Shown: positions 28,892 to 39,860, counted from the stretch's first letter. The stretch is 64,000 nt of DNA from Gemmatimonadota bacterium (GCA_038153405.1 JAYOYH010000009.1:1996-65995); one strand, 5' to 3'. A program made the numbers and translations. Notes: a model not told the origin generated them from the letters alone.

Positions 28892-30150
28892 TGGTAAAAG
28901 TGCTGGTTTGGAGTCTATCGCTCTTTTTTATCCTGCCCGCAGCGGCTGAACGCCTGCTGGTGCCTATGGATCTCGAGCAGCGCGATCACCTCAAAGCCTA
29001 CGGGTTGGCATTTTGGACACTTGAGCGCGACGTCGCCGTCGAGTGGTTGCTCAACTATCGCGGTGGTGCGTTTATGCTCGACTACAATGCCGCCGTTGAG
29101 CGCGAGGCGCAAATTCGCGGGGTGGATGCCGTCGTCGTGTCGGAAGCGCAGGCGGCGCGGATATATGCCGAGATCGATGCGGGCAATATGGAAGTTGTGC
29201 GGCTGGAAAAGGCGCCGAAAATTGCCGTTTATACACCGCCCAATAAACAGCCATGGGACGATGCGGTAACGATGGCGCTAGAATATGCGCAGATAGAATA
29301 CGAAAAGATATGGGACGAGGATGTCCTTACGGGAAAGCTCAAGGACTACGACTGGCTGCATCTGCACCACGAGGATTTCACTGGCCAGTACGGCAAGTTC
29401 TACAGCTCGTACGGTCGCGAGGCATGGTACCAGGAGCAACAGCGCGACTACGAGGCAATGGCTCGGCGTTTGGGCTACGAGAAAGTGTCAGAGCAAAAAA
29501 AAGCGGTGGCTTTGGCGATCTACCAGTACGTCATTTCCGGTGGGTTTCTCTTTGCCATGTGTTCGGCTACCGACTCGTTCGACATCGCGCTAGCATCGAT
29601 CGGTACCGATATCTGCCACGAAGTGTTTGACGGTGATCCAAGCGATCCGCAGGCACAGGCAAAGCTCGATTTTAGCCGCACTGTGGCCTTTGAAAACTTC
29701 GCCCTTGAGCAGAATCCGCTGGTATATGAGTTCTCCGATATCGACACGACGCCGAAGGACGTGCGCCAAATACGCACGGCAGAAGCAGAGTACTTTACTT
29801 TGTTTGAATTTTCTGCAAAATACGATCCGGTGCCCGCCATGCTCACGCAGTGCCACACGAGTATCGTCGACGGGTTTTTGGGGCAGACAACCGCCTATAA
29901 ACGCTCGCTGATAAAGGATTCCGTCATCGTGCTGGGCGAGGTGGAAGAGAGCGATGAGATCAAATACATCCACGGCAGCGCCGGCAAGGGGACGTTTACG
30001 TTTTACGGCGGGCACGATCCGGAAGATCACAAGCACTTAGTGCACGATCCGCCGACCAATCTCGCACTGCACCCCAACTCACCTGGCTATCGCCTGATCT
30101 TGAATAACGTGCTCTTTCCGGCGGCCAAGAAAAAAGAGCGCAAAACCTGA
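28891..30150 (+). CDS. Conserved secreted protein with GATase-like fold (as I recall, family often labelled 'asparagine synthetase B')
   Basis: Signal peptide, DHLKAYG, WLLNYRGG, DWLHLHHEDFTGQYGKFY, GGFLFAMCSATD, SPGYRLILNN. Confidence 0.7.
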   Translation: MVKVLVWSLSLFFILPAAAERLLVPMDLEQRDHLKAYGLAFWTLERDVAVEWLLNYRGGAFMLDYNAAVEREAQIRGVDAVVVSEAQAARIYAEIDAGNMEVVRLEKAPKIAVYTPPNKQPWDDAVTMALEYAQIEYEKIWDEDVLTGKLKDYDWLHLHHEDFTGQYGKFYSSYGREAWYQEQQRDYEAMARRLGYEKVSEQKKAVALAIYQYVISGGFLFAMCSATDSFDIALASIGTDICHEVFDGDPSDPQAQAKLDFSRTVAFENFALEQNPLVYEFSDIDTTPKDVRQIRTAEAEYFTLFEFSAKYDPVPAMLTQCHTSIVDGFLGQTTAYKRSLIKDSVIVLGEVEESDEIKYIHGSAGKGTFTFYGGHDPEDHKHLVHDPPTNLALHPNSPGYRLILNNVLFPAAKKKERKT

Positions 30151-30232
30151 TGCCGTTTAGGTGCAAACGGACCAGAGTTGGAACGAGTTGCAACCGCGTT
30201 AAAGAGATGCAACGAGCCATGAAAGGATTGCT

Positions 30233-31225
30233 ATGAGTGCGACGGATGTGGAGGCGGTAGCCCAGCTCAACAGAGCCCGGGATGAGATATACGCCGAAGT
30301 CGGTAAAGTAATTATCGGCCAGCGAGAAGTGATTGGCCAGATGCTGACCGCTCTGCTGGCGAGTGGCCACTGCCTGCTGGTGGGCGTGCCGGGCTTGGCC
30401 AAGACGACGTTGGTGCAGGCGTTGGCTAAGACGCTCGACCTTTCCTTCGGCCGCATTCAGTTTACGCCGGATTTGATGCCCTCCGACATTACGGGAACGG
30501 AAGTGCTAGAGGAAGATCACGAGAGTGGGCGCAAGGGCTTTCGCTTTATCAAGGGGCCGGTCTTCGCCAATGTGCTACTCGCCGATGAAATCAACCGCAC
30601 GCCGCCCAAGACGCAGGCGGCATTGCTGCAGGCTATGCAGGAGCACGCCGTGACGATCGGAGGAGAGACCATGGCGTTGGGCGAGCCATTTTTTGTGCTG
30701 GCCACGCAAAATCCCATTGAACAGGAAGGCACATATCCGCTGCCTGAAGCGCAGCTGGATCGCTTTATCTTCGAACTGTTAATTGACTATCCACAGGCCG
30801 AAGAAGAAGAAGAGATTGCGCGCGCGACCACGGGCGGTCAGCGCCAAGCCGTCGACAGCGTGCTGACCGCCGAGCAACTGGTCGCCGCCCAGCAGCTAGT
30901 GCGCCGCGTGCCGATTGCCGACCACCTGATTAAGTATGCGGTCAATTTAGTGCGCGCTTCGCGGCCCGTCGATGCGCAGGCGCCGGACTACGTCCGGGAA
31001 ATGGTTAACTGGGGTGCGGGACCGCGTGCCTCGCAGTATTTGGTTTTGGCTTCTAAGGCGCGCGCCGTGCTCGACGGTCGCCACTCGGTCGCCGAGGAAG
31101 ATATTCGCGCGGTAGCCCCTGCCGTGCTGCGCCACCGACTCGTCGTCAACTACCACGCTGAGGCGCAGAACGTGACGGCCAGTGCGCTAGTCAATCGCCT
31201 GTTAGAGGACGCAAAGAGCGCGTGA
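30233..31225 (+). CDS. moxR: MoxR-family AAA+ ATPase
   Basis: GVPGLAKT, RIQFTPDLMPSDITG, LADEINRTPPKTQAALL, ATQNPIEQEGTYPLPEAQLDRF. Confidence 0.95.
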   Translation: MSATDVEAVAQLNRARDEIYAEVGKVIIGQREVIGQMLTALLASGHCLLVGVPGLAKTTLVQALAKTLDLSFGRIQFTPDLMPSDITGTEVLEEDHESGRKGFRFIKGPVFANVLLADEINRTPPKTQAALLQAMQEHAVTIGGETMALGEPFFVLATQNPIEQEGTYPLPEAQLDRFIFELLIDYPQAEEEEEIARATTGGQRQAVDSVLTAEQLVAAQQLVRRVPIADHLIKYAVNLVRASRPVDAQAPDYVREMVNWGAGPRASQYLVLASKARAVLDGRHSVAEEDIRAVAPAVLRHRLVVNYHAEAQNVTASALVNRLLEDAKSA

Positions 31226-32130
31226 GCAATACCGGGCGATCCAACTCCTACTTAGAACCGGAGACGCTGTCGCGCCTGTCGCGCCTCGACTTGGTGGCGC
31301 GCCTAGTCGTCGAAGGCTTTATCACCGGTTTACACCGCAGTCCCTACCACGGCTTTTCCGTCGAATTTTCCGAACATCGTCCCTATATGCCGGGCGACCC
31401 GCTGCGCGACCTCGACTGGAAGGCCTACGCCAAGTCCGATCGCCTATACATCAAGCAGTACGAAGAAGAGACCAACCTCAAGGCCTATTTGCTCTTCGAC
31501 GTATCGGGTTCGATGGATTTCTGCGCTGGCGCGCCGATGAGCAAGTTTCGCTATGCCGCCTGTCTATCTGCTGCGCTGGCCTATCTAATGCTGCGTCAGC
31601 GCGATGCGGTAGGGCTCATGCTCTTTCGCGATGCCGTCGAGGCCTACGTGCCGCCCCGTTCGGTGCAGAGCCATCTGCAGGCGTTGCTCAAGGCCATCGA
31701 TGCGGTCGAGCCGGCGGCCGATACGAATATGGCACCAGCCTTCCACGACCTGGCCGAGCGCATTGCGCGCCGCGGACTCATCGTCGTGCTGTCCGACCTA
31801 CTCGACGATCCGCAGGAGGTACTGCGCGGTCTGCGCCATTTTCGCCACCGCGGCCACGAAGTCGTGGTGTTTCACTTATTGGACCCGCGCGAAGTCGATC
31901 TGGCGTTCGATCGCGAAACGCGCTTTTTCGATCTGGAAGATCCCAGTCAGGTGCTGGTGACCCAGCCGTGGCAGGTGCGCCGCGAATACGCGGAGATGAT
32001 GCAAGACATGGTGCAGACCTATCGGCACGGCTGTGCCGAAGCGCGCATTGACTATGCGCTGATCGATACATCGACGTCGTTTGACGTAGCCCTCTCGCGC
32101 TACCTAGTGCAGCGACGCAAGATGGGGTAG
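31222..32130 (+). CDS. DUF58 VWA-domain protein (MoxR partner)
   Basis: GLHRSPYHGFSVEFSEHRPY.PGD, DWK, YIKQYEEETN, MIDAS-like DVSGSM and VLSD. Confidence 0.92.
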   Translation: MSNTGRSNSYLEPETLSRLSRLDLVARLVVEGFITGLHRSPYHGFSVEFSEHRPYMPGDPLRDLDWKAYAKSDRLYIKQYEEETNLKAYLLFDVSGSMDFCAGAPMSKFRYAACLSAALAYLMLRQRDAVGLMLFRDAVEAYVPPRSVQSHLQALLKAIDAVEPAADTNMAPAFHDLAERIARRGLIVVLSDLLDDPQEVLRGLRHFRHRGHEVVVFHLLDPREVDLAFDRETRFFDLEDPSQVLVTQPWQVRREYAEMMQDMVQTYRHGCAEARIDYALIDTSTSFDVALSRYLVQRRKMG

Positions 32131-32145
32131 TAGGGGACGGAAGGC

Positions 32146-32240
32146 TCAATCTTGACTTTTTTGTCATCATTGATATGTTCTAATTGCCTGGGCCGATGGC
32201 CTCGGGCTTTTTTTAAAGGGTCAATCTTGACTTTTTTGTC
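32146..32240 (+). promoter_or_regulatory. Two identical 20-bp boxes TCAATCTTGACTTTTTTGTC (32146-32165, 32221-32240); candidate suf promoter/Rrf2 operators
   Basis: Exact direct repeat 75 bp apart with a GAC-N6-GTC core, directly upstream of sufB. Confidence 0.65.
32186..32214 (+). terminator. Intrinsic terminator-like hairpin
   Basis: GCCTGGGCC-GAT-GGCCTCGGGC (one bulge) followed by T7. Confidence 0.65.
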
Positions 32241-32278
32241 TTATTTGCAGCGGCATTCACGAGAGGAGATAGGGCGCG

Positions 32279-33778
<1,500 letters not shown>

Positions 33779-33809
33779 TAATTGAACATATTATGCGAGG
33801 AATGGCTAC

Positions 33810-34571
33810 ATGCTGAAAATTGAAAATCTGCAGGCGAGCGTGGGCGATACGCAGATTCTGCGCGGTATAAATTTGAGTGTGAACGCGGGCGAGATCCACG
33901 CCATTATGGGGCCCAACGGATCCGGTAAGAGCACGCTTGCTCAGGTCTTGGCCGGTCGCGACGGCTACGAAGTTACGGGCGGCAGCGCTTCCTTTTTAGA
34001 GCGAGACCTGCTCGATATGGAACCAGAAGAGCGCGCCCGCGAGGGGCTCTTTCTCGCTTTCCAATATCCAGTGGAAATACCGGGAGTGAACTCGACCTAC
34101 TTTTTGCGCACCGGCTATAACGAGATATGCAGGCACCGCGGCAAAGAGGGGCTCGACGCAATGGATTTTCTCCGCCTGGTGCGCGAGAAACTCAAGCTGG
34201 TAGAAATGGATGAAAGCTTTCTCAAGCGCTCGGTCAACGAGGGCTTTTCGGGCGGCGAAAAAAAGCGCCACGAAGTGCTGCAGATGGCCGTTTTGGAGCC
34301 CCGTTTGGCCATTCTCGACGAGACCGACTCCGGTCTCGATATCGATGCACTGCGCGTCGTTGCCAACGGCGTCAATGCCCTGCGTTCGCCCGATAAAGCC
34401 TCCATTATCGTCACCCACTACCAGCGCCTATTGGAATACATCGTACCGGACTACGTGCACGTGCTGTACAAGGGATGCATTGTCCGCTCCGGCGGTAAGG
34501 AACTGGCGCTCGAGCTCGAAGAAAAGGGTTACGATTGGGTCAAAGGCGAAGCGGTAGGAGCGGCGGTATGA
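33810..34571 (+). CDS. sufC: Fe-S cluster assembly ATPase SufC
   Basis: GPNGSGKST, FQYPVEIPGV, NEGFSGGEKKR, LDETDSGLDIDAL. Confidence 0.98.
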   Translation: MLKIENLQASVGDTQILRGINLSVNAGEIHAIMGPNGSGKSTLAQVLAGRDGYEVTGGSASFLERDLLDMEPEERAREGLFLAFQYPVEIPGVNSTYFLRTGYNEICRHRGKEGLDAMDFLRLVREKLKLVEMDESFLKRSVNEGFSGGEKKRHEVLQMAVLEPRLAILDETDSGLDIDALRVVANGVNALRSPDKASIIVTHYQRLLEYIVPDYVHVLYKGCIVRSGGKELALELEEKGYDWVKGEAVGAAV

Positions 34572-35887
34572 CGCAGGACGCAGATCGCAGTGCGTGGTAC
34601 GTAGAACGCTTTGGCGAGTTTACCCAGGCGCTCAACGGCGAGGCTGCTGCGCCAATTCACCAGGTGCGCACCGACGCGATTGAGTGCTTTGCCGAGTTGG
34701 GTTTTCCCACGGCGCGCGACGAGGAGTGGCGCTACACGAGTTTGGCGGCACTGCTGCGCGAAGATCTCGGCGTTGCCTTGGGTGAGTCTCCGCTGCCAAG
34801 CGACATAGAGCAATGGCGCGTGCCCGGTTTTGATAGCCATCTGCTGGTATTTGTCGACGGCATCTACCAGCCCGCGCTGTCGAGCACAGCCGATCTTGCG
34901 GCCGGCGTATATGCCGGTGAGATGGCCGCCCCGCTGCGCGAGGCGGGGCGCGTCGATGGGTTGGGAGATATCGCGCGGCGCGGGGAAGATGCTTTTGTCG
35001 AGCTCAACACCGCCTTTCTCCGCGATGGGGCGCACGTGCGCATTGCGCGCGGCGTACAGCTCGAGCAGCCCATAGAAGTGCTCTTTATCGCCAGTCGCCC
35101 GCGCTGTGCAGTGCATCCTCGCTTGTTGGTACACGTTGAAGACAATGCCAGCGCCACGCTCGTCGAGCGCTATGTAAGCCTTGGCAACGAGGTGCATTTG
35201 ACCAATGCACTTGCCGAGTTCCGCGTGGGCGAAAACGCGCAGTTTGATCACTATCGCGTGCAGTCGGAAAGCAATGCCGCGCTGCACGTCTCCGCTCTCT
35301 ACGTGCGCGAGGAGCGCAGTAGCACTTTTCGCTCGACCTGCTTCACGGTGGGCGGCGCACTGACTCGCAACCACGTGCATACCCAGTTGCAGGGCGAGGG
35401 CATCGACTCGACGCTCAACGGATTGTACGTAGCTGAAGGTCACCAGCACGTGGACAACCATACGCTGATTGAACACGTCCAACCCCACTGTCAAAGTCAC
35501 GAGTTCTACAAGGGCATTCTGGCCGACGATGCGACCGGTGTGTTTCGCGGTCAGATCCTCGTGCACCAGGCCGCCCAGAAGACGGATGCCTACCAGGCAA
35601 ATCGCAACTTATTGCTTTCCGATCGCGCCGAAATCAATACCAAACCGCAGTTGGAGATCTACGCCGACGACGTCAAGTGCTCGCACGGCGCCACCATCGG
35701 CCAGCTAGACGAAGACGCCATATTCTACCTGCGCTCGCGCGGAATAGGACGCGCAGCGGCGCGGCGCGTGTTGACGCGCGCCTTCGCCGGTGAGGTGATC
35801 GAACGCGTGCGCATCGAGCCGCTGCGCGCGCTGATTGAAGAGTGCGTCGGCCAGCGTTTAGAGCGAGCCGCCGCCCTGCTGGAGTAA
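34568..35887 (+). CDS. sufD: Fe-S cluster assembly protein SufD
   Basis: E.WRYT, KGIL, AQKTDAYQ.N.NLLLS, TKPQLEIYADDVKCSHGAT, FYLRSRGI. Confidence 0.95.
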   Translation: MTQDADRSAWYVERFGEFTQALNGEAAAPIHQVRTDAIECFAELGFPTARDEEWRYTSLAALLREDLGVALGESPLPSDIEQWRVPGFDSHLLVFVDGIYQPALSSTADLAAGVYAGEMAAPLREAGRVDGLGDIARRGEDAFVELNTAFLRDGAHVRIARGVQLEQPIEVLFIASRPRCAVHPRLLVHVEDNASATLVERYVSLGNEVHLTNALAEFRVGENAQFDHYRVQSESNAALHVSALYVREERSSTFRSTCFTVGGALTRNHVHTQLQGEGIDSTLNGLYVAEGHQHVDNHTLIEHVQPHCQSHEFYKGILADDATGVFRGQILVHQAAQKTDAYQANRNLLLSDRAEINTKPQLEIYADDVKCSHGATIGQLDEDAIFYLRSRGIGRAAARRVLTRAFAGEVIERVRIEPLRALIEECVGQRLERAAALLE

Positions 35888-35892
35888 TCTGC

Positions 35893-37149
35893 ATGAGCGT
35901 TCCCGCAAAAGATACCGCGCCCGCATTGCCGCTCGACGTCGAGCGCATTCGCCGAGACTTTCCCCTGCTACAAGAGCGCATTCGCGGCAAGGAGTTGGTC
36001 TACCTAGACAACGCGGCGACGACGCAAAAACCACTGACGGTTATCTACGCGCTGCAGCACTTCTACGCTACCGAGAACGCCAATATACACCGCGGCGTAC
36101 ACTTACTTAGCCAGCAGGCGACATTTGCCTACGAGCGCGCTCGCGGTCGGATCGGGCAGTTTCTCAACGCCGCTGAACCGAGTGAGATCGTCTTCGTGCG
36201 CGGTGCGACAGAAGGTATCAACCTCGTTGCGCACAGCTACGGCCGTCGCGCCGTAGGTGCCGGCGACGAGATTATTGTCTCGCAAATGGAGCACCACTCC
36301 AATATCGTTCCATGGCAGGTGCTGTGCGAGGAAAAGGGTGCCGTACTCAAGGTTGCGCCGTTGAACGAAGCCGGCGAATTACTGCTCGATGAATACGAAA
36401 AATTGCTCAGCGAGCGCACGAAGATCGTCGCCGTGTCGCATGCCTCAAATGCCCTGGGCACGATAAATCCGATTGGGCAAATTACAGATATGGCGCATGC
36501 GCAGGGAGCCGTCGTGCTCGTTGACGGGGCTCAAGGCGTGCCGCATATGCCGGTTGACGTGCGCGCCATCGACTGCGATTTCTACGTCTTTTCCGGCCAT
36601 AAGCTCTTCGCTCCCACCGGATCGGGTGCGCTGTACGGCAAGAAATCTCTCCTCGAGCAGATGCCGCCGTGGGAGACGGGTGGCGGCATGATACAGCGGG
36701 TCAGCTTTGAGCGGGGCACGACCTATGCCGATGTGCCGATGCGCTTTGAGGCGGGCACGCCGCATATTGCAGGAGGCATCGGTATAGCCGCAGCCATCGA
36801 CTACGTCAACTCGGTGGGCCGCACGGCCATTGCCCAGTACGAAGACGAATTGCTGCGCTACGCCACGGAGCTGATTGGCCAGATCGACGGCGTGCGCATC
36901 ATCGGCACGGCCCGCGAAAAGGTGGGCGTGATATCGTTTGTAATGGATTCTGCGCATCCGCACGATATCGGCACAATCCTAGATGCAGAGGGTATCGCCG
37001 TGCGCGCGGGACATCACTGCGCCCAGCCGCTGATGCAGTTCTACGGCGTGCCGGCTACGGTGCGCGCTTCGCTGGCTTTTTACAATACGCATGCAGAAAT
37101 AGACGCATTGGCTGCGGGCATCCGCAAGGTACAAGAGGTGTTTAACTGA
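35893..37149 (+). CDS. sufS: Cysteine desulfurase SufS
   Basis: YLDNAATTQKP, NIHRGVH, EHHSN, SGHK, RAGHHCAQP. Confidence 0.97.
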   Translation: MSVPAKDTAPALPLDVERIRRDFPLLQERIRGKELVYLDNAATTQKPLTVIYALQHFYATENANIHRGVHLLSQQATFAYERARGRIGQFLNAAEPSEIVFVRGATEGINLVAHSYGRRAVGAGDEIIVSQMEHHSNIVPWQVLCEEKGAVLKVAPLNEAGELLLDEYEKLLSERTKIVAVSHASNALGTINPIGQITDMAHAQGAVVLVDGAQGVPHMPVDVRAIDCDFYVFSGHKLFAPTGSGALYGKKSLLEQMPPWETGGGMIQRVSFERGTTYADVPMRFEAGTPHIAGGIGIAAAIDYVNSVGRTAIAQYEDELLRYATELIGQIDGVRIIGTAREKVGVISFVMDSAHPHDIGTILDAEGIAVRAGHHCAQPLMQFYGVPATVRASLAFYNTHAEIDALAAGIRKVQEVFN

Positions 37150-37601
37150 TGAGCGAACTGCGTGAGCTATACCAAGAAATTATACTCGACCACAATAAAA
37201 ACCCGCGTAACTTTGGCAAGCTCGAAGGCGCCAATCGCGCCCAGGAAGGCTACAATCCGCTGTGTGGGGATCACTTGCATATCTATTTGCAGGTAGCAGA
37301 AGATCGCATTGAAGGCATTAGCTTTGAGGGGTCGGGTTGTGCCATATCTAAGGCATCGGCTTCGCTGATGACTGCTGCGCTCAAGGGCAAAGGCGTAGCT
37401 GAAGCCGAACAGCTGTTCGAAGACTTTCACGCCATGGTCATGGCCGATGTGGCAGAGCCGATAGACGAGACCAAGCTGGGCAAGATGGCCATCTTTGCCG
37501 GCGTGCGCGAGTTTCCCATGCGCGTTAAATGCGCCACGCTCGCTTGGCATGCGATGAAGTCGGCACTCTCCGGTGCCGATGCACCCATTTCGACCGAGTA
37601 G
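37149..37601 (+). CDS. sufU: SufU (NifU-family) sulfur-transfer protein
   Basis: LYQEIILDH..PRN, NPLCGD, GCAIS.AS, RVKCATLAWH. Confidence 0.95.
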   Translation: MSELRELYQEIILDHNKNPRNFGKLEGANRAQEGYNPLCGDHLHIYLQVAEDRIEGISFEGSGCAISKASASLMTAALKGKGVAEAEQLFEDFHAMVMADVAEPIDETKLGKMAIFAGVREFPMRVKCATLAWHAMKSALSGADAPISTE

Positions 37602-37614
37602 GAGGACCCATTGT

Positions 37615-37953
37615 ATGACCGCGCTACATGAGAAGAGCTTTGCAGAGGGCAGCACCGAGGCGCGCATAGTCGAAGTGCTCAAGACCTGCTATGACCCAGA
37701 GATCCCCGTGGATATTTACGAACTGGGCTTGATATATGACGTGCAAATCAACGAGGAAAACTTTGCGCAGGTCACCATGACGCTTACCTCGCCCGCCTGC
37801 CCCGTCGCCGGCACGCTGCCGCCCGAAGTGCAGCAGAAAATCAAGGACGATGTCGAGGGGCTAAGCGGTGTGTCGGTCGATATTGTTTGGGATCCGCCGT
37901 GGTCGGTCGACTTGATGTCTGAAGGCGCCAAACTGGAACTGGGTATGATGTAG
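37615..37953 (+). CDS. sufT: SufT/DUF59 Fe-S maturation protein
   Basis: YDPEIPVDIYELGLIY, MTLTSPACP, VWDPPW. GGAGG SD before ATG 37615. Confidence 0.9.
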   Translation: MTALHEKSFAEGSTEARIVEVLKTCYDPEIPVDIYELGLIYDVQINEENFAQVTMTLTSPACPVAGTLPPEVQQKIKDDVEGLSGVSVDIVWDPPWSVDLMSEGAKLELGMM

Positions 37954-37962
37954 AGTGCGGCT

Positions 37963-38430
37963 ATGAAACTGAGTTCACAAGAGGAGTATGGACTGCGCTG
38001 CTTGCTCCACTTAGCGCGCCAGGAGTACGGCACGAGCCTGACGATTCCAGAAATTAGCCAGGCCGAAGGTATTTCGCATCACAACGTGGGCAAGCTGTTG
38101 CGGATTCTGCGTCAAAGTGGTTTTGTCGAGAGCGTGCGCGGCCAACACGGCGGCTATGCGCTGGCTCGCGCCCCGGAGCAGGTCGTCGTTGCAGACGTGT
38201 TAAACGCCCTGGGCGGCCGTCTCTTTGATTCGAACTTTTGCGACCAGCACAGCGGTGCCGAGGAAAACTGCGCACACACGCTCAGCGCCTGCTCCGTGCG
38301 CGCGCTGTGGAGCCGTCTGCAGGATGCGGTCGACGGGGTTTTACAGCAGCTCACGCTGCGCGACTTGCTGCGCGAAGGATACCTGTTTAAAGACGCGGAA
38401 GATTCGCGCCTGTTGGACATCGTCCTCTAA
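37963..38430 (+). CDS. Rrf2-family transcriptional regulator with three C-terminal Cys
   Basis: EEYGLRCLL.LA, S.RG..GGY.LAR, C-terminal C..H....C......C, LTL.DL. Confidence 0.92.
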   Translation: MKLSSQEEYGLRCLLHLARQEYGTSLTIPEISQAEGISHHNVGKLLRILRQSGFVESVRGQHGGYALARAPEQVVVADVLNALGGRLFDSNFCDQHSGAEENCAHTLSACSVRALWSRLQDAVDGVLQQLTLRDLLREGYLFKDAEDSRLLDIVL

Positions 38431-38448
38431 GCGTCTACAGCTACCTGT

Positions 38449-39384
38449 TTAAGGCGACTCGATCGCGCGCTGTATGCGATCGAGTGCTTCCATCACCGGC
38501 AGGCATGCACTGCAACTGGTCAGCGCCTTACGACCCTCTCTAATAGCGGCGAGAAACTCGCCGTCTTGCGCCTCGACCCCGCCGCTATCTACGATGGGTA
38601 TTTCTCCCCTCTCGCAGTCGATAAGTTGGCCCTTTTCCACGATGAGCGTGGTTTCCTGACAAATGATGCGGTAATGGCTTTGGATTGGGCCGTGATGATT
38701 AAAGGAATGGGCTGAAGTCACGAGTGCTCCGCGCTGCGAGCGCATAGCGATCGACAGGTCCATGGGAATATCCAGTTCGGGATGCATGGGGCCGACTTGT
38801 CCCCACGTCTGTGCGGTCAGGTCGCCCAGCAGCCAGTGTGCCATATCTACCATGTGACAGGCCTGATGCCAAAGCAAATCGTCAACCCAAGTGCGCGGTT
38901 TGCCAAAGCGATTTTCGTTTTTCCTGCGAAAGAAGTAGGTTTGCTGCACGATGTGCAGCGGCGTTAGCTGGCCGGCATCAATGCGTTTTTTTAGTTCGCG
39001 AAATGCGCCGTTATAGCGCTGAGTGTGGCACACCATGCACACTTTGCCGGTGCGCTGTTCTGCTGCTACTATGCGCTGCGATTCCTCTAGGGTGAGCCCC
39101 ATGGGAATCTCGATCAGCACGTGTTTACCCGCCTCCATTGCCGCAATGGCCTGTGCACAATGCACCTGGTTGGGCGAGCAGAGAATCACGGCTTCGACGT
39201 CTTCTCGGTCTAAGCATTCGGAGAAATTTAGCGACCAGTGCGGAATGTTCCACGCGTTGGCAAATGCTTCTGCATCACCGGAAATACCTCCGGCTAGCGA
39301 CGACACTTCTACATCGTCTAATGACTGCAGCGCCTGTAGATGAGTTAGTCCTTGAGCCCCTTCGCCAGCAACGCAAATTTTCAT
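38449..39384 (-). CDS. Gfo/Idh/MocA oxidoreductase, LigC-like (CHMS dehydrogenase)
   Basis: Rossmann N-terminus, AGKHVLIEIP, VCMVCHT.R.N, QTYFFRRKN.N..G.PR.W.D.LLWH..H.VD. Confidence 0.8.
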   Translation of the reverse strand: MKICVAGEGAQGLTHLQALQSLDDVEVSSLAGGISGDAEAFANAWNIPHWSLNFSECLDREDVEAVILCSPNQVHCAQAIAAMEAGKHVLIEIPMGLTLEESQRIVAAEQRTGKVCMVCHTQRYNGAFRELKKRIDAGQLTPLHIVQQTYFFRRKNENRFGKPRTWVDDLLWHQACHMVDMAHWLLGDLTAQTWGQVGPMHPELDIPMDLSIAMRSQRGALVTSAHSFNHHGPIQSHYRIICQETTLIVEKGQLIDCERGEIPIVDSGGVEAQDGEFLAAIREGRKALTSCSACLPVMEALDRIQRAIESP

Positions 39385-39583
39385 AGGTTATCTCCGCGAT
39401 AATGATTCGATTGTAGTCGACGTGCGGCGCTAATATAACTCATAGCGCGAGAGCGATCTACAGAGTTGATAACGCAATAAATCAGCTTGCTCAATAAATG
39501 CATATTGGTTATTTTTTCACTCAGAATTGAGTTGTAAAACGATGAGCTTCGTAGTGTATCGTCACTCAAGGGAGGTAGTTTCC

Positions 39584-39802
39584 ATGGCGAAAGCGAAAGC
39601 TAAGAAGGCACCGGCCAAGAAAGCCGCTGCTAAGAAAGCTCCGGCCAAGAAAGCCGCTGCTAAGAAGGCACCGGCTAAGAAGAAGGCCGCTGCTAAGAAG
39701 GCACCGGCTAAGAAAGCCGCTGCTAAGAAGGCACCGGCTAAGAAAGCCGCTGCTAAGAAAGCTCCGGCTAAGAAGAAGGCCGCTGCTAAGAAGAAGAAGT
39801 AG
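39584..39802 (+). CDS. Histone H1-like Lys/Ala/Pro repeat protein (72 aa)
   Basis: AAGGGAGG SD before ATG 39584. Only A, K and P after the Met. Followed by its own terminator. Confidence 0.85.
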   Translation: MAKAKAKKAPAKKAAAKKAPAKKAAAKKAPAKKKAAAKKAPAKKAAAKKAPAKKAAAKKAPAKKKAAAKKKK

Positions 39803-39826
39803 CGCTTTAATTAGCAAGTATCATGC

Positions 39827-39860
39827 AAAAAACGCCCGCTCGTATGAGCGGGCGTTTTTT
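39827..39860. terminator. Bidirectional intrinsic terminator
   Basis: AAAAAACGCCCGCTC-GTAT-GAGCGGGCGTTTTTT between convergent genes. Confidence 0.92.

Noticed and set aside
39566..39817. Antisense Leu/Ser repeat ORF
   Set aside because: Reverse complement of the Lys/Ala repeat gene; the SD and terminator support the plus strand.
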